Positions 52,738-64,000 of a stretch of DNA of 64,000 bases are shown piece after piece. The stretch's first letter is position 1. Each line of letters starts with the position of its first letter. The translations under genes and the position numbers were made by a program. The notes under the pieces are model-generated. The model did no database searches and was not told where the DNA came from. It was given only the letters and a program-made list of their open reading frames with translations. This DNA comes from Scyliorhinus canicula (taxonomy: Eukaryota). The stretch is taken from positions 5,102,536 through 5,166,535 of the forward strand of contig NC_052164.1 of NCBI RefSeq assembly GCF_902713615.1. Direction: 5' to 3'.

Positions 52738-53113
52738 CTAGGGAAGAGAGGGGAGAAGAGGTAGGGAGGAACCAAGAAAGAAAGCTCAATGAGGCTCTGT
52801 AGTTGTAACGCGAAGGGTTCTAAAACAAGATTTAAACACTATTAAACAGTATTCAACGCCATAGGAAAAATACGCCATAAAACTGCAATAAAACTACAAA
52901 CAGCATGCAATATACCACAAACCGCTGCAGGATCATTAAAGTATAAAGTAATTTACAAGTACTGAACTTTAGAATCATAAAACACTAAAGTTTTAACGTT
53001 TCCTTTCTTGGCTCAGGAAATGAACCTTTCTGTGTTTTGAAATGTGTGTGTGTTTAATCGCGGTCCTTTCTGTCAGCCGCTTTATTTCTCGCTGGCCCAC
53101 TTCAAAACCTCAC

Positions 53114-53540
53114 CTTGCGGTCTCATCCACGGGAACAGCTGTGTTGGAGATGAACTCTGTTCTGAATTCTCTGCTTCCTCTCCTAGGCTGTTCGCCGTCG
53201 ACTTGCAGTCCGGATACTGGATCAGTTCGGCCTCTTGTTGGGCGGCGAAAATTGGCTGCCTTTGCAGGGTATCGTAGCTGTAGAAACTGCCGGCATCCCC
53301 GTGACACGTCACGGCACACGGATTCTGCTGGTAGGCGGAGGTGGACAAGGTGGCCGTTCCGTGGTGGTAAAAATCCGGGATCTGGCTGGGATGTTGGAAG
53401 CTGCTACCGGTGCCGGGTCCATAGACCACGGTGGGTCTGCCGCTCAGGTCCTGGGTGAACCCACAGTCATAATAATTGGGGCGCAGAGAGTCCCCACTTT
53501 TATACTTGGAAAACAGCGAATTCACAAAGTAGGAGCTCAT
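53114..53540 (-). CDS. hoxb8: HoxB8 exon 1
   Basis: [28 protein letters not shown] start; [12 protein letters not shown] hexapeptide; donor CAAG|gtgagg at 53113; 427 nt. Confidence 0.96.
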
Positions 53541-56500
53541 TGGGAAGGACTAGGATCTTTCTGCTCAACGGAGGGAACTTAGTGTTTGTTAATCAGCCAA
53601 ACAAACAAGCCAGGATCTTTTTTTGAAACAAATTAAACCTTCATCTTATTGATCTCAACAAATAGGGTCCTGGAATCACATCTTCGTGAAGAGGTTCGCT
53701 CATAAACAGTTTTCTGTGATTTACTTCAGCCCAAATGAGTTGTTTCATATTTTGCCGTCTCTTTTCATGATAATTTGCATTTATTACCTCAACCACGTCC
53801 TATTGGCTTCGCTTACTCCGTACGGACACTGCACCGCGTGAAAAGGGAATGGTGAGAGAGAGAGAGGGAATGAGAGAAAGATAGAGAGGGGGAATATGCG
53901 GATTAATATATTCAACCATGTTCATTACCGGGATATCAGCCGCTTTACAACAGATGAAATACATACGCCACCAAAAGATTGATAAGGGGAGGTGTCCACG
54001 CTGCTGTGAAGTAAAGGATAGACATTCAGACGTTAATTTCCAAACCATTTAATGAGAATATGCGTCTCTTTTAAAGGTCAGAGTTACATCAACAAGACAT
54101 GGCAGTACAGTACCAAACCAAAAATCTAATTACTATCAACTTTGGATCTAATTGCTATTTTTCCTCCCAAGTTATTGCAGCGAAGCGACAAGTACAGTAA
54201 TAGACAAACGCAAATTATTTGGAATTTTAAAAAAATGTTTTATCTTAAGGAAGAGGGAAATCTAGTGCTATTTAACAATTTAATGACCCGTTTTCCTATT
54301 ATTAATAAAGCCTTTTATCCGGTGCTTGGACGGACCCTGGAACAGTAACAGTCATCTGAGAACTATAGGAAAGAGATTAAGGAACTATAAAGCGTAATAA
54401 AAGCACAGCCTGTTATTGTTTATAACATGCAGTGAACGGCAGTTAGTGCTTTTACGAGGGGCTCTGTGCGGAGCACTAAAATATAGGTTTTCTGAAGAGG
54501 GCACTCCATTGTCGCTTACTATATAAGTATGAAACATTTTATACAAAACAATTATTATGGACTATTTGCTATTGGGGACATGTTACACCACAAATTCGGT
54601 CTAATTAAAAGAGTTTTACCTTCCAGCCCAGAGGTTTGTCAGTGAAAGCAAATGCAGTGATTCCTAATAATGGATCATGCACGCTAGATCAAAGGTAGCT
54701 AAACACGCGCTTTAATTTACTTCGAACATATTTTATCTTTATCATAGATTTTATATATGTGCATGCATCTGTATATATATTATAATATATATTTGGTTGA
54801 AGTGCTTTACAAAGAGTTAACGTTACATTCTAAAATAGAGTATAAAGTTGAGGAAAAGTATTGTAATCTTAATTCATATTTTCAAACCGAGCATCTGCTT
54901 TGTAACCACTAATGAAACGCCATGGTAATGATTTATGGTAAACCTGCATTATTTTTTAAGTTTATGTTTTTTGTTTTAAACAAGCTCTTTCCTATCGCCA
55001 ATTAGGAATCGGGTATTGTGAGGTCGAAGCATTTTGCTACCAAACCTCTTTAATACTATGATTTCGTGAAGTAGCCAAAATAATTTACAATCGATCTGAC
55101 ACACCTTGGCAGGTCTCCCGAAGCATACTAAAGCTAATCACGCATGTTAATTATGCACAAATGGCTTATTTTATGTTAGCATTCGGAACGTCCACATATA
55201 ACCATACGTCCCATCCAAATCAGTGGAGATTACGCCTTCACAACCGTTAAAAGTTAGTCAAAATCGAACTTGTTAGGATTCAAAGTGTAAATAAAACTGT
55301 CGGGTACCGGTGGCAATGCGAGAACATGTAAACATTATCGCAACTAACATTCACAATAAGTGGCAATGTTGTAGCTTTACATATTCGGATGCTGATTAGG
55401 AATCTTTCAATCTAACTTTTGATAATTTCTATACGCACCACCCTGTCCCTCAATCTATTTCCAGTACATATACAATATATAGAATATTATGTTCCTTTAT
55501 ATTCTCGCAAGAACTCCGTGTTGCAGGAACACTGGTGATTGTTGAACTGCATATTTTCATCCCCCTCTGTAATGTTATGGGATAGCTCAGCCGGCGAGGA
55601 ACACACTTGTGTTGTAAAATTACCATCGACTAAAGTTACTGAGTACAGCTGAGGTGAGACAATAATGTAAAACACTGATAAGAAGATGTTATTAACTTCG
55701 TGCACGTGTCGCCTGTGAAATCTGCTCAACTGATCAAATCACCCAATAAGATAACAGTGATAAAAAGGCAATCGAATGTCTTTTAAAAGGGCGGCATGTG
55801 AAGTACCTCATCAATTCTAAAAAAAAAACCGATTCCGTTCTACAAACGTTGAAGCTTGTTAATGATTCTCTTTTTCCATAAGTGGCATGAGCTCCCCCCC
55901 CCCCCCAAAAAAAATGTGCTCGTAATAGGACTGAATTAACTAAATGGTTTAATAATTCATTGAAAGATTCCCTTTGAAAACTTTGCCCTCTCTGACGCCC
56001 GCTACCTGGAGCTACTCTGACTCATCTTAAAATATTTCAATATTATTGTCTTTTTTCCGCTCAAAATTAAAGGACAGCGTTCCATTTGTAATATCCACTT
56101 TTACTTTCGTTTTTAGTAATGGTACTTACTTTCTATATCCAATTAAATTCTGTTGAAATGTGCCTGGAGCTTTCCACTATTCGCGCTAACTCTAACGGAA
56201 TAGATGCTACGGTTTTAATGCGATAAAACAAAGTTGATTAAAATGTACTATTGCTGCGATATTGACCAACCAGATACTTTATAACAAAATGTAAGCAAAA
56301 AAAATGTTTTGTTAGGATGCGATCTGCAACTTCCTTGTTATTGTAACTGGTTCATTATCCGAAGGTCTTTAGAAATAAAATGATTTCTGACCACAGAAAT
56401 AAACAGTATCCACAACTTGCCCACTGTCCGGTCTGTGAGGGCCCACGTGACTGCTGCTCATAAGGTATTAGGGCCGTGACGTGCTTCAGATCGCTCTGGA

Positions 56501-58702
56501 CTGTTTGTTCAATATTGTCCTTCTTTGTATTTTGATGTGTTTAATCTTTACCAGCAACGTGGTCCACTTCATGGGCGTGATTCCATGTTGTTCGAAAGTG
56601 TTCAAATATATTTCTTAAGCTTAATTATAAATGCATTTACATATTGTGAATTTGGTCTCTATCTCCGTAAACCTTTATCTCTCGCCGTACATAGGTACAC
56701 ACACACATATGCACACACATGCACCCATATTTGTAACACATTCCACGCACCTATCATGAACGTAGATACATTTAAATATACACATTTTAATGGGAGTTGC
56801 TTGCAAATGAATTTATAAAAGTAAACCTCCTTCCATGGAGCCTGTTTTCAAATGGAGTGCTTTATATATTTCTGTGCGTTTATTCTATGCTAGCAATTTG
56901 AAGCAGCTTCCTCAGATTTAATCACTCCATTCTGTTGAGAAATATTAAACAGCACAATGAGATAAGATATTATAGGTGTTAATACTGCCGCATTCATTTT
57001 ACTTTTCATTCATCCGTAACTGTTGACTGTGATAGAAAATGAGACGACACAAGTATTATGGAGATATTTATGTATCTGTATTATTATGTGTTTATGTATC
57101 TTAATCAGCTGAGATATTATTGATACGCTAATCAAACGCAAATAATCGCATTGGAATTTGATCTAAAACTAATAGAAAGCCGGGATCTTGTGTACAAGTG
57201 AAGATATGACCAACTTTGACAGATTTGAAATGCAAAACCACAGGCGTGTTATTTTTCTACTAATGTGCTGTATATAAAGGCAGAAAGGTGGACATCAATG
57301 GATGTTGACGCACGTAAGCACCTTCATCCAAATGCGCATAAAGGGCGCGGGGTTGCAATTGTGAAACGGTACTCTTGTTTATTTTCTATCTCCCTCGTCA
57401 CATGTCTTTATTGGGAGAACTGTAAAAACTTTAAAGAGCCCAAAATAAAGTATCGCCAAAATGTTTTACATTCGGCGTCCTCTTGGTAAATTCTGTTTTT
57501 CGTGAAATTATGAGCAACCTTGTATCTATAAACATGTGATATTGTAATAAAATGAGACATCGAGTAAGACTAAAATAGAAAAAAGTGATAGACACAGCGA
57601 AAGAACTATTCTATTGGAGTATAGCCTCGCCTGTCTTTGGATGAGATTCCAGTTTTGTTTTTACACAATGTTATAATCAGTTCAGTTCTGTGCAAATCCT
57701 AATCCCAGAGACTTTTGCATAGACCCTTGCAGTTGTATATGAAAAAGCCCTGAAGCTCGATTGAAGTACCGAGACAAACAGATAAAGGGGTGGTTACCTA
57801 CATTGTGCACGTTCTAAAACCGTGCAACAAATAAAATCGAAATCAATAACGTCTGAGAAAGAATCAATCAGCAAGACCTGGAAACAAGTCTGGAGGAAAT
57901 GTCCATGCGGATGGCTATGACACTGAAAATGTGTGTGTGTGGTTTGTTGAAAGGAAGGCAGCCTCACAAACAATAATCAATATATGTACAATAGTCCAGG
58001 ATGGATTCAATCGAAAAGCATATGCATTAAGATGTGAGATATGTAACGGGGTTGAAAGTTCATTTGGAGGCAAATCATCCAGAAATTTAAATGTGCATTT
58101 CAAATATGGTTCTATACAACCTATGTCTACACATACAACATGTTATTTCCCAATATACATATATTTTAAAATAATCAACTGCGAATCAGACACATAGTTT
58201 GTTAGACGTTTAGTTGTGTAAATGTATATTAAAAACTGCGAATACCGAGCATTTTAGATATCTCCCAAGCGTAGCATACCCCTTGATTTCTCTATAATGG
58301 GGTCGTTTGTATTTATTTACATTAGTCCCATATTGTACAATGTTTTGAAGTAAATGGACGAACTTATTCTTTCTGCTGTCTTTTCAGGCTTATATTGCAG
58401 TTTTAAAATAACAGAATTGCACAGAACGTGGCCCAGATAAAGACATTGAAATGAAAATAAATTTCAAATTAACATTACTGGCATCTTTCAGCGGAATACA
58501 GAGCAAAATAGTTGATTGGGGCAAAGCCTTGTAGGAATTAAAATATGTATATTTTATGTTCAAAGAGGGTGAAGCAAGAAAGGCAGGGGGAAGTGAAGTG
58601 CAAGCTGTGCGTGTTTTTTGATATTGGTGTTGTATCTACGGCATTCCAGATCCTTGTACAATAGCTGCAGAATTGGCATGACTGAGTTTTGGTGGAACAA
58701 TG

Positions 58703-58716
58703 CTGCCACCTACTGG
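58703..58716 (-). promoter_or_regulatory. CTCF motif between HoxB8 and HoxB9
   Basis: CCAGTAGGTGGCAG fits the CTCF core consensus exactly. Confidence 0.7.
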
Positions 58717-61125
58717 ACTGAGGACGAATTATTCTGGATTTTTAAAAACGGGTGAAAAAGCATTAGCAAAATATGCGCAATAGCGCGATAAAATCTGACT
58801 ATAAAGAATTTATTAGACCCAAACTGTGGCAAAGGAAGAAGGTTTAAACTCTTCAATTCTATCGACAAATACAATCGGGGACCGTACCAATAAACCACAT
58901 CCTGACTGCCGTACTGCAGTGGATTGCTAACAACCTAAATTCCTGAACGGCAGTAAAGAAGGGGAAGAAGAAAAAGAAAAAAAGGGAGGGAAAGAAAGCT
59001 TTCAGAACTCTATTGTCTCCGAGTCCGAGTCTAAACAATTGGGCATTCTGCTTTAGAATAAAGTCGCAGGCATGGGCGCAGGGTTGTAAACACATCCAAA
59101 GACCATACTCCAGACGTCTCGCCAGACTCTGTATAGCTTTTTATTGCAGCAATTCCTGGCAGCCTGAAATGGTGAGGAAATAGAACAAAAGAGGGCGTCG
59201 CTTGCTTTAGAGTCGAAAAAGCATGTTGGTTACACCACAATATTCACCGCGATTTTCCCTAAACAAATCCAGTTCCTATATACTTTCCTTCAGATATAAA
59301 ACACAAAGCCATATTTTTATTGCTTGGCACCTCCAGTTGTGAGTTTAATTTAATAGGTTCTGAAAGTTTTCCCTTTGCCGTGTTTGTTTTACAGACGTTC
59401 AATTCTTAACCTTCAGAAATTTATACCCTATAAACTTTTACAACGGTCATATTATTTTATTGCAGCTCACCACACTGAATTTCCTATAATGACAGGCAAC
59501 TTCTTAACTCCTCCTCCACCATACAAGGCTCATTTCTGCCCTTTCCTTTTAAGTGTTTGTGCCCCTTGTGTTTGGAAAATAACGTTGAACTGAAAATAAC
59601 TGATATTATATTAGTTCTAATATACGACAGACTGATACTGTAATTATCTAGTTCCAGCCCAGTTAAAGCAATTTTAAACAGTCGCATAACCCTTTTCCCT
59701 GCTATGGAGATGATAAAACATCTAAGCGTAGATTTATTTTTTAATATGGCCATGAGATCCATGGCAGCCCTTCCAGTGAGCTAAACTAAAGAGGCTTTTA
59801 ATGTGGGGAGCACCCCTTCCTTCCGTCTAATTATCCTTTATTGCGTTGTCAACAATAGGATGGCAACAAGAGGTATAATCAACAGAAATTCCATCTCCGA
59901 TAAACATTCGATGGAATTGATCAACCTTTCTTTCCAAGATGGTGAAATTGGCATCTTATTGTCATAGATTTGCGGATCGCAAAGTTATTTTTACTTAGAA
60001 CGTAACTGTCTTTAAGTTAATGACGTTGTATTAAAATGTCCCATTCGCTATTTGTTGCAGATTTTTAACGACATTTTCACATGACTCTTTGCCATTTCAT
60101 TTCCTTTAAAAATGTTGATTTTTGTCACATATTAATATAATATATAGCAAATAGGTTGATTGGTTTCTGCAATTATTTAGTTTAGTCATCTTACAATTCT
60201 CATCTATAATGTCTATGTGCATACACACGTATCTGTACATGCATAAATGTATATATATGCACACCTACATTCATAGATAGAGGATACATACATTGAATAA
60301 CAAGATTTCAAATATTTTTACCCGCTAAAAGGTGGGGTTGACTTAAATCTTCCAAAGAGTGCTCAAATTATGTCTCGTTTGTTTCAAAATTGAACTCATA
60401 TCGGTCGACTGGAGGAATATAAATTAGCATATTGATTATAATAGTGACCAATGCAAGTCAACTATCAGAACATCGATAACAGATTAGTTTTTCTCCCTAA
60501 TAGTGTATGGAGGTTATTTCAGAACATGTAATATACTTCATGTGGAAACAAATGAAGGTTCTACTTTTGAATTCCCAAGGCAATTTATATTATTCCAAGG
60601 CCGCGATTCTTAAGATTCAGTGTGTGCAAAACAAGAAGTAATGAGCTCACTCACTTTCTGATATGTATTGGATAATAAAATATGCAAATTAACCAGTTTT
60701 GTATGGAATTTGCTTTTTGCAGAGTTAATGAATGGGTCAAAAGAACACAAAGCCCAGGATATTTCAGGTCCTCTAATGATAAGTACATGGAAAATAAGTG
60801 AGCAGCTTATGAGATATCGACCAATTCTCCCGGGATAAAACCCGAATTTCTGCATTTTACGTCCATACCAACAGCTTGAAAAGATGTCACATTCAGCGAG
60901 GTTCTCTGGTTATCATTCCTTCATAAGTCTGAGGCCTTTCCATTGAACATTGTTTTCAGGGACATTTTGCCTACTTTTATGCTTCTTCCCCGCAGTGGCA
61001 TGCACGCAGGCTCTCTCCTGACGACCCGCCATTGTGTCCAGCCTGAGAGGATTTATCGGGAAAAATGGGATAGAAATACTGACCTACTTTTGTCCGTTGT
61101 CCGGGATAATTACCGTCTTTCTCCC

Positions 61126-61299
61126 CAGGTGAGGTGGATTGGCCATGCTAAATTGCCCGTAGTGTAAGGTTAATGGGGGGATTGTTGGGTTACGGGTATA
61201 CGGGTTACGTGGGTTTAAAGTAGGGTGATCATTGTTCGGCACAACATCGAGGGCCGAAGGGCCTGTTCTGTGCTGTACTGTTCTATGTTCTATGTTCTA
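61126..61299 (+). mobile_element. 5'-truncated HE1-type V-SINE with a LINE-derived (HER1/CR1-like) 3' tail
   Basis: V-domain aggtgaggtggattggccatgctaaattgccc (shared with the 28310 element); tail gggccgaagggcctgttctgtgctgtac followed by (TGTTCTA)x3. Confidence 0.85.
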
Positions 61300-62956
61300 A
61301 ATTGCCTCGTGGTTTATTAGATACATAATCTTGTTTTGTTGACATTTGGGGGATTGTCTTTCTGCTCAGATTCCTAAATACGTGGGTCCAATGCCTGTAA
61401 TTATTCATCGAGTGCAAGTACAGCTTTGTTTTGTTTTAAAGGGTCTGGTTCCCGGGCATAAGTCACAGAAAGAGTTTCACATTCAGAGTCAAGAATGAGG
61501 CAAGAGTGTGAAAGGAGACGCGAGGTCACGTGGAAAATCCGTTTCCAAATTTTCAGCAGCATTTTATTTTGCAGCCGTTTTGAATACATTCACATATTTT
61601 CATCTACTGATTGTGGTGTTAGGTGTTCAAAGAACGGTGGGTTCAAAATATTTTAAATCGTTCAGTGGGTTTAATTTATTATTAGTTGTAATAAATCACA
61701 TTAAAATAGTGCAACCGCGCGCTGCTGATGTCGGATAGCTCCGGAAAAAAATAACTAAAAATGAAGGTCACCTCGAAATGGGATTTTCTTTTACATAAAA
61801 TAGTTAGTTCGTTTACCTTAAATGATAAATCTGCACAAACTGGAAACACAAGACTATAAACAACAATTCCACACCAGACAGACAGAGATAGTGAGATTTT
61901 CTCAAACAGGTCGTCACCAGGAATGCTGTTGTTTTTAAAAATTATCCGTTTGAGCTGTTCCGTGTTGTAATTCTCCTTCTATGCAATCTGTTCGGCAATC
62001 TAATACGGCAGATTATTCCTAAACAGTGTTTTGATTCTAAAATGTCATGAAATTCTAGACGACAAACGGTTAAAATTTCGCTTCGACAGTAAACCTGCTT
62101 ACTACAATATTATAACAACGTTAGGAAGGAACCACGTGATAATACTCATAGTTGTACAAACTCTTAGCAAAGGTAAAAGCTACTAATTTAAACTTTAGCA
62201 GCATCATACTGCGCATCAAAACAAAACCGCCAAACCCACACTCGAACACACAGGCTACGGGTTACAGAAGAAAAGATCCGAAGGTAGAGTACCAATCGCG
62301 TTTAACAGTAGTCACAATTCCATTGAAACAAGCAAATTCTCAAATCAATGAGATACAGGAATAGGGAAAACAGCACTTAAATCAACCGCAATATAATACG
62401 TCTTCGAAATGGATTCTAAACATTCGTTTTCGCATGTAAACAATTAAAAACAAGACATGCTAAATCATTGGGAACGATAAAGATTAAAATATATATATAT
62501 ATATTTAATCGTATGGTAAAACGATCCTTGCTGTAAAGCGCAGCTTTGGAACGCGCTCTATCCGGGTCCCACGTCAAAGGCCAACACCAAAGCATTCACA
62601 GAAATTGTAGCAATTTATAAATAACACGAAGTTTCTTTTTAAGCCATAAAGAGAGAAAAGGTGGCGGGAATAAAAGCTCGCTGCGCTCTCTGGCTGTTAT
62701 AGTGGATGAGAATGAGAGGAAGTGCTATCTCTTAATATCCTGCAATAAAATCCTTTACACGTGACTCTATTCCCTGAATGAATGCACTAAAATGTTCGAA
62801 ATAAATAGCCGAATTGCTGGATGTGTAAACCTTATATTCTGCCCATTCTTTGCTGTGGATGCATGGTTGCTTTTTCTCAGAACTACGTTGCTTTAAGGAT
62901 ATGTTGCAGTGACAGCAAAAAACCGGCTACGCACTAAAGTTTAAACTCAAAGCTAG

Positions 62957-63198
62957 TCACTCGAACTCTTTTACGTGTTCCTTACTGAGTCTTTTCATCT
63001 TCATTCTCCTGTTCTGGAACCAGATTTTGACTTGTCTTTCAGTCAGGTTGAGAAGACGGGCTACTTCGTGCCTCCGGTCCCTGGTGAGGTACATATTGAA
63101 CAGAAATTCCTTCTCCAACTCTAGGGTCTGATACTTGCTGTAAGGACATCTTTTTTTCCTCGTCGAGCGAGCGTGTAACCAATTTGCAGAAGGATTGT
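62957..63198 (-). CDS. hoxb9: HoxB9 exon 2 (homeodomain; missed by the ORF track; exon 1 outside the window)
   Basis: Manual translation [82 protein letters not shown]; acceptor gatcttcAG at 63200-63199. Confidence 0.94.
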
Positions 63199-64000
63199 CT
63201 GAAGATCAGTGAAGGAAAATAATCAGTACAGAATAAGAACTATATCGCCATCATATTTTCTCAATGTACTTCTAACATTACACTGCATATGGTAGGATTC
63301 TCCCAAAATTATACCGATAGAGCTAAGAATTGAGATTGCGTGCGCGCATGTGTGTGTGTGTTGGTCTGCCGTTCACCAAAGTGTATTGAAACCATTGGGC
63401 GTTCTCGAGTGGTTTAGACTTAACTTGTTTGTTCATTATCACGTTTGCATTTGAGAAGTAAATTCGAAGACCCGATTCTACGAGATAAATTGCTTTATTT
63501 CTGCCTTAGCTGCGCTGTGACATAAAGACGGTGTGTCGCACATTTTCTTTGCGCTCACGGTTCTTCAGCACACCAATTCAAACAGAAAATAACAAGAGGG
63601 AATACGTTTTATTTATGCATTCATTTATTGCCTCGTAGAAGACAGACTGGCAAACCCGTCATTAAAGGTTTGCAGGTGGTTACTTGTGTAGCCCATAAAA
63701 GCAGAACGGAGGCGTATAAAATAACAAGCAATATAAAACCAGTTAAATACTTGTGGCTAAACTGGAAGCAAACTGCCTTTTAATTGGAACCTTACTTCAG
63801 TCGCACGTTTGTTTGCGTGACGTTCGTAAACTATTTTCATTCTGAGCTAAATCAAGTATATTTGCCGAACAACTTACTTTGTTCTGACGCCTCTTTGTCT
63901 GCCTTCTCTCCACATATACTGTCTTCATAGCACGGCGCTTTCCCGGAGATAATGGGTTCGCTCTCCAAATACTCGCCATGTACTTTTTGGAGCGCTGTTG

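Noticed and set aside
53042-53582. Antisense ORFs over Hox exons
   Set aside because: Typical shadows of GC-rich coding sequence; no independent evidence for antisense proteins.
54589-54603. CACAAATTCGGTCTA resembles the 3' part of miR-10 (possible relic copy)
   Set aside because: No seed portion and no star arm nearby; a short gapped match is compatible with chance.

Overview
Vertebrate HoxB cluster segment, with every gene on the minus strand: HoxB3, HoxB4, mir-10a, HoxB5, HoxB6, HoxB7, HoxB8 and exon 2 of HoxB9 (exon 1 lies beyond the window). Paralogues 3-9 with both 7 and 8 identify it as HoxB. HE1/V-SINE insertions point to a shark or ray, possibly a catshark (species not proven). All six complete genes have two coding exons split by a phase-1 GT-AG intron between the hexapeptide and the homeodomain. 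The non-coding DNA holds recognisable Hox regulatory elements: three DR5 RAREs, the CR3 autoregulatory element, HB-1-type intronic elements, the Hox7/6 four-cluster sequence, and miR-10 and miR-196 target sites. The most interesting observations are: (1) a recurring E-box-N10-12-CCA(A/G)T module in front of five genes and at two gene-less sites that look like promoters of long spliced transcripts; (2) two co-oriented strong CTCF motifs at B5|6 and B8|9; (3) a HoxB8 miR-196 site whose differences from the miRNA are all G:U-preserving; (4) in-frame tandem splice acceptors in the linkers of B5-B8; (5) SINEs of different ages inside the cluster. I found no evidence of a wholly new gene system. Reference motifs were recalled from memory and compared by eye, not searched.
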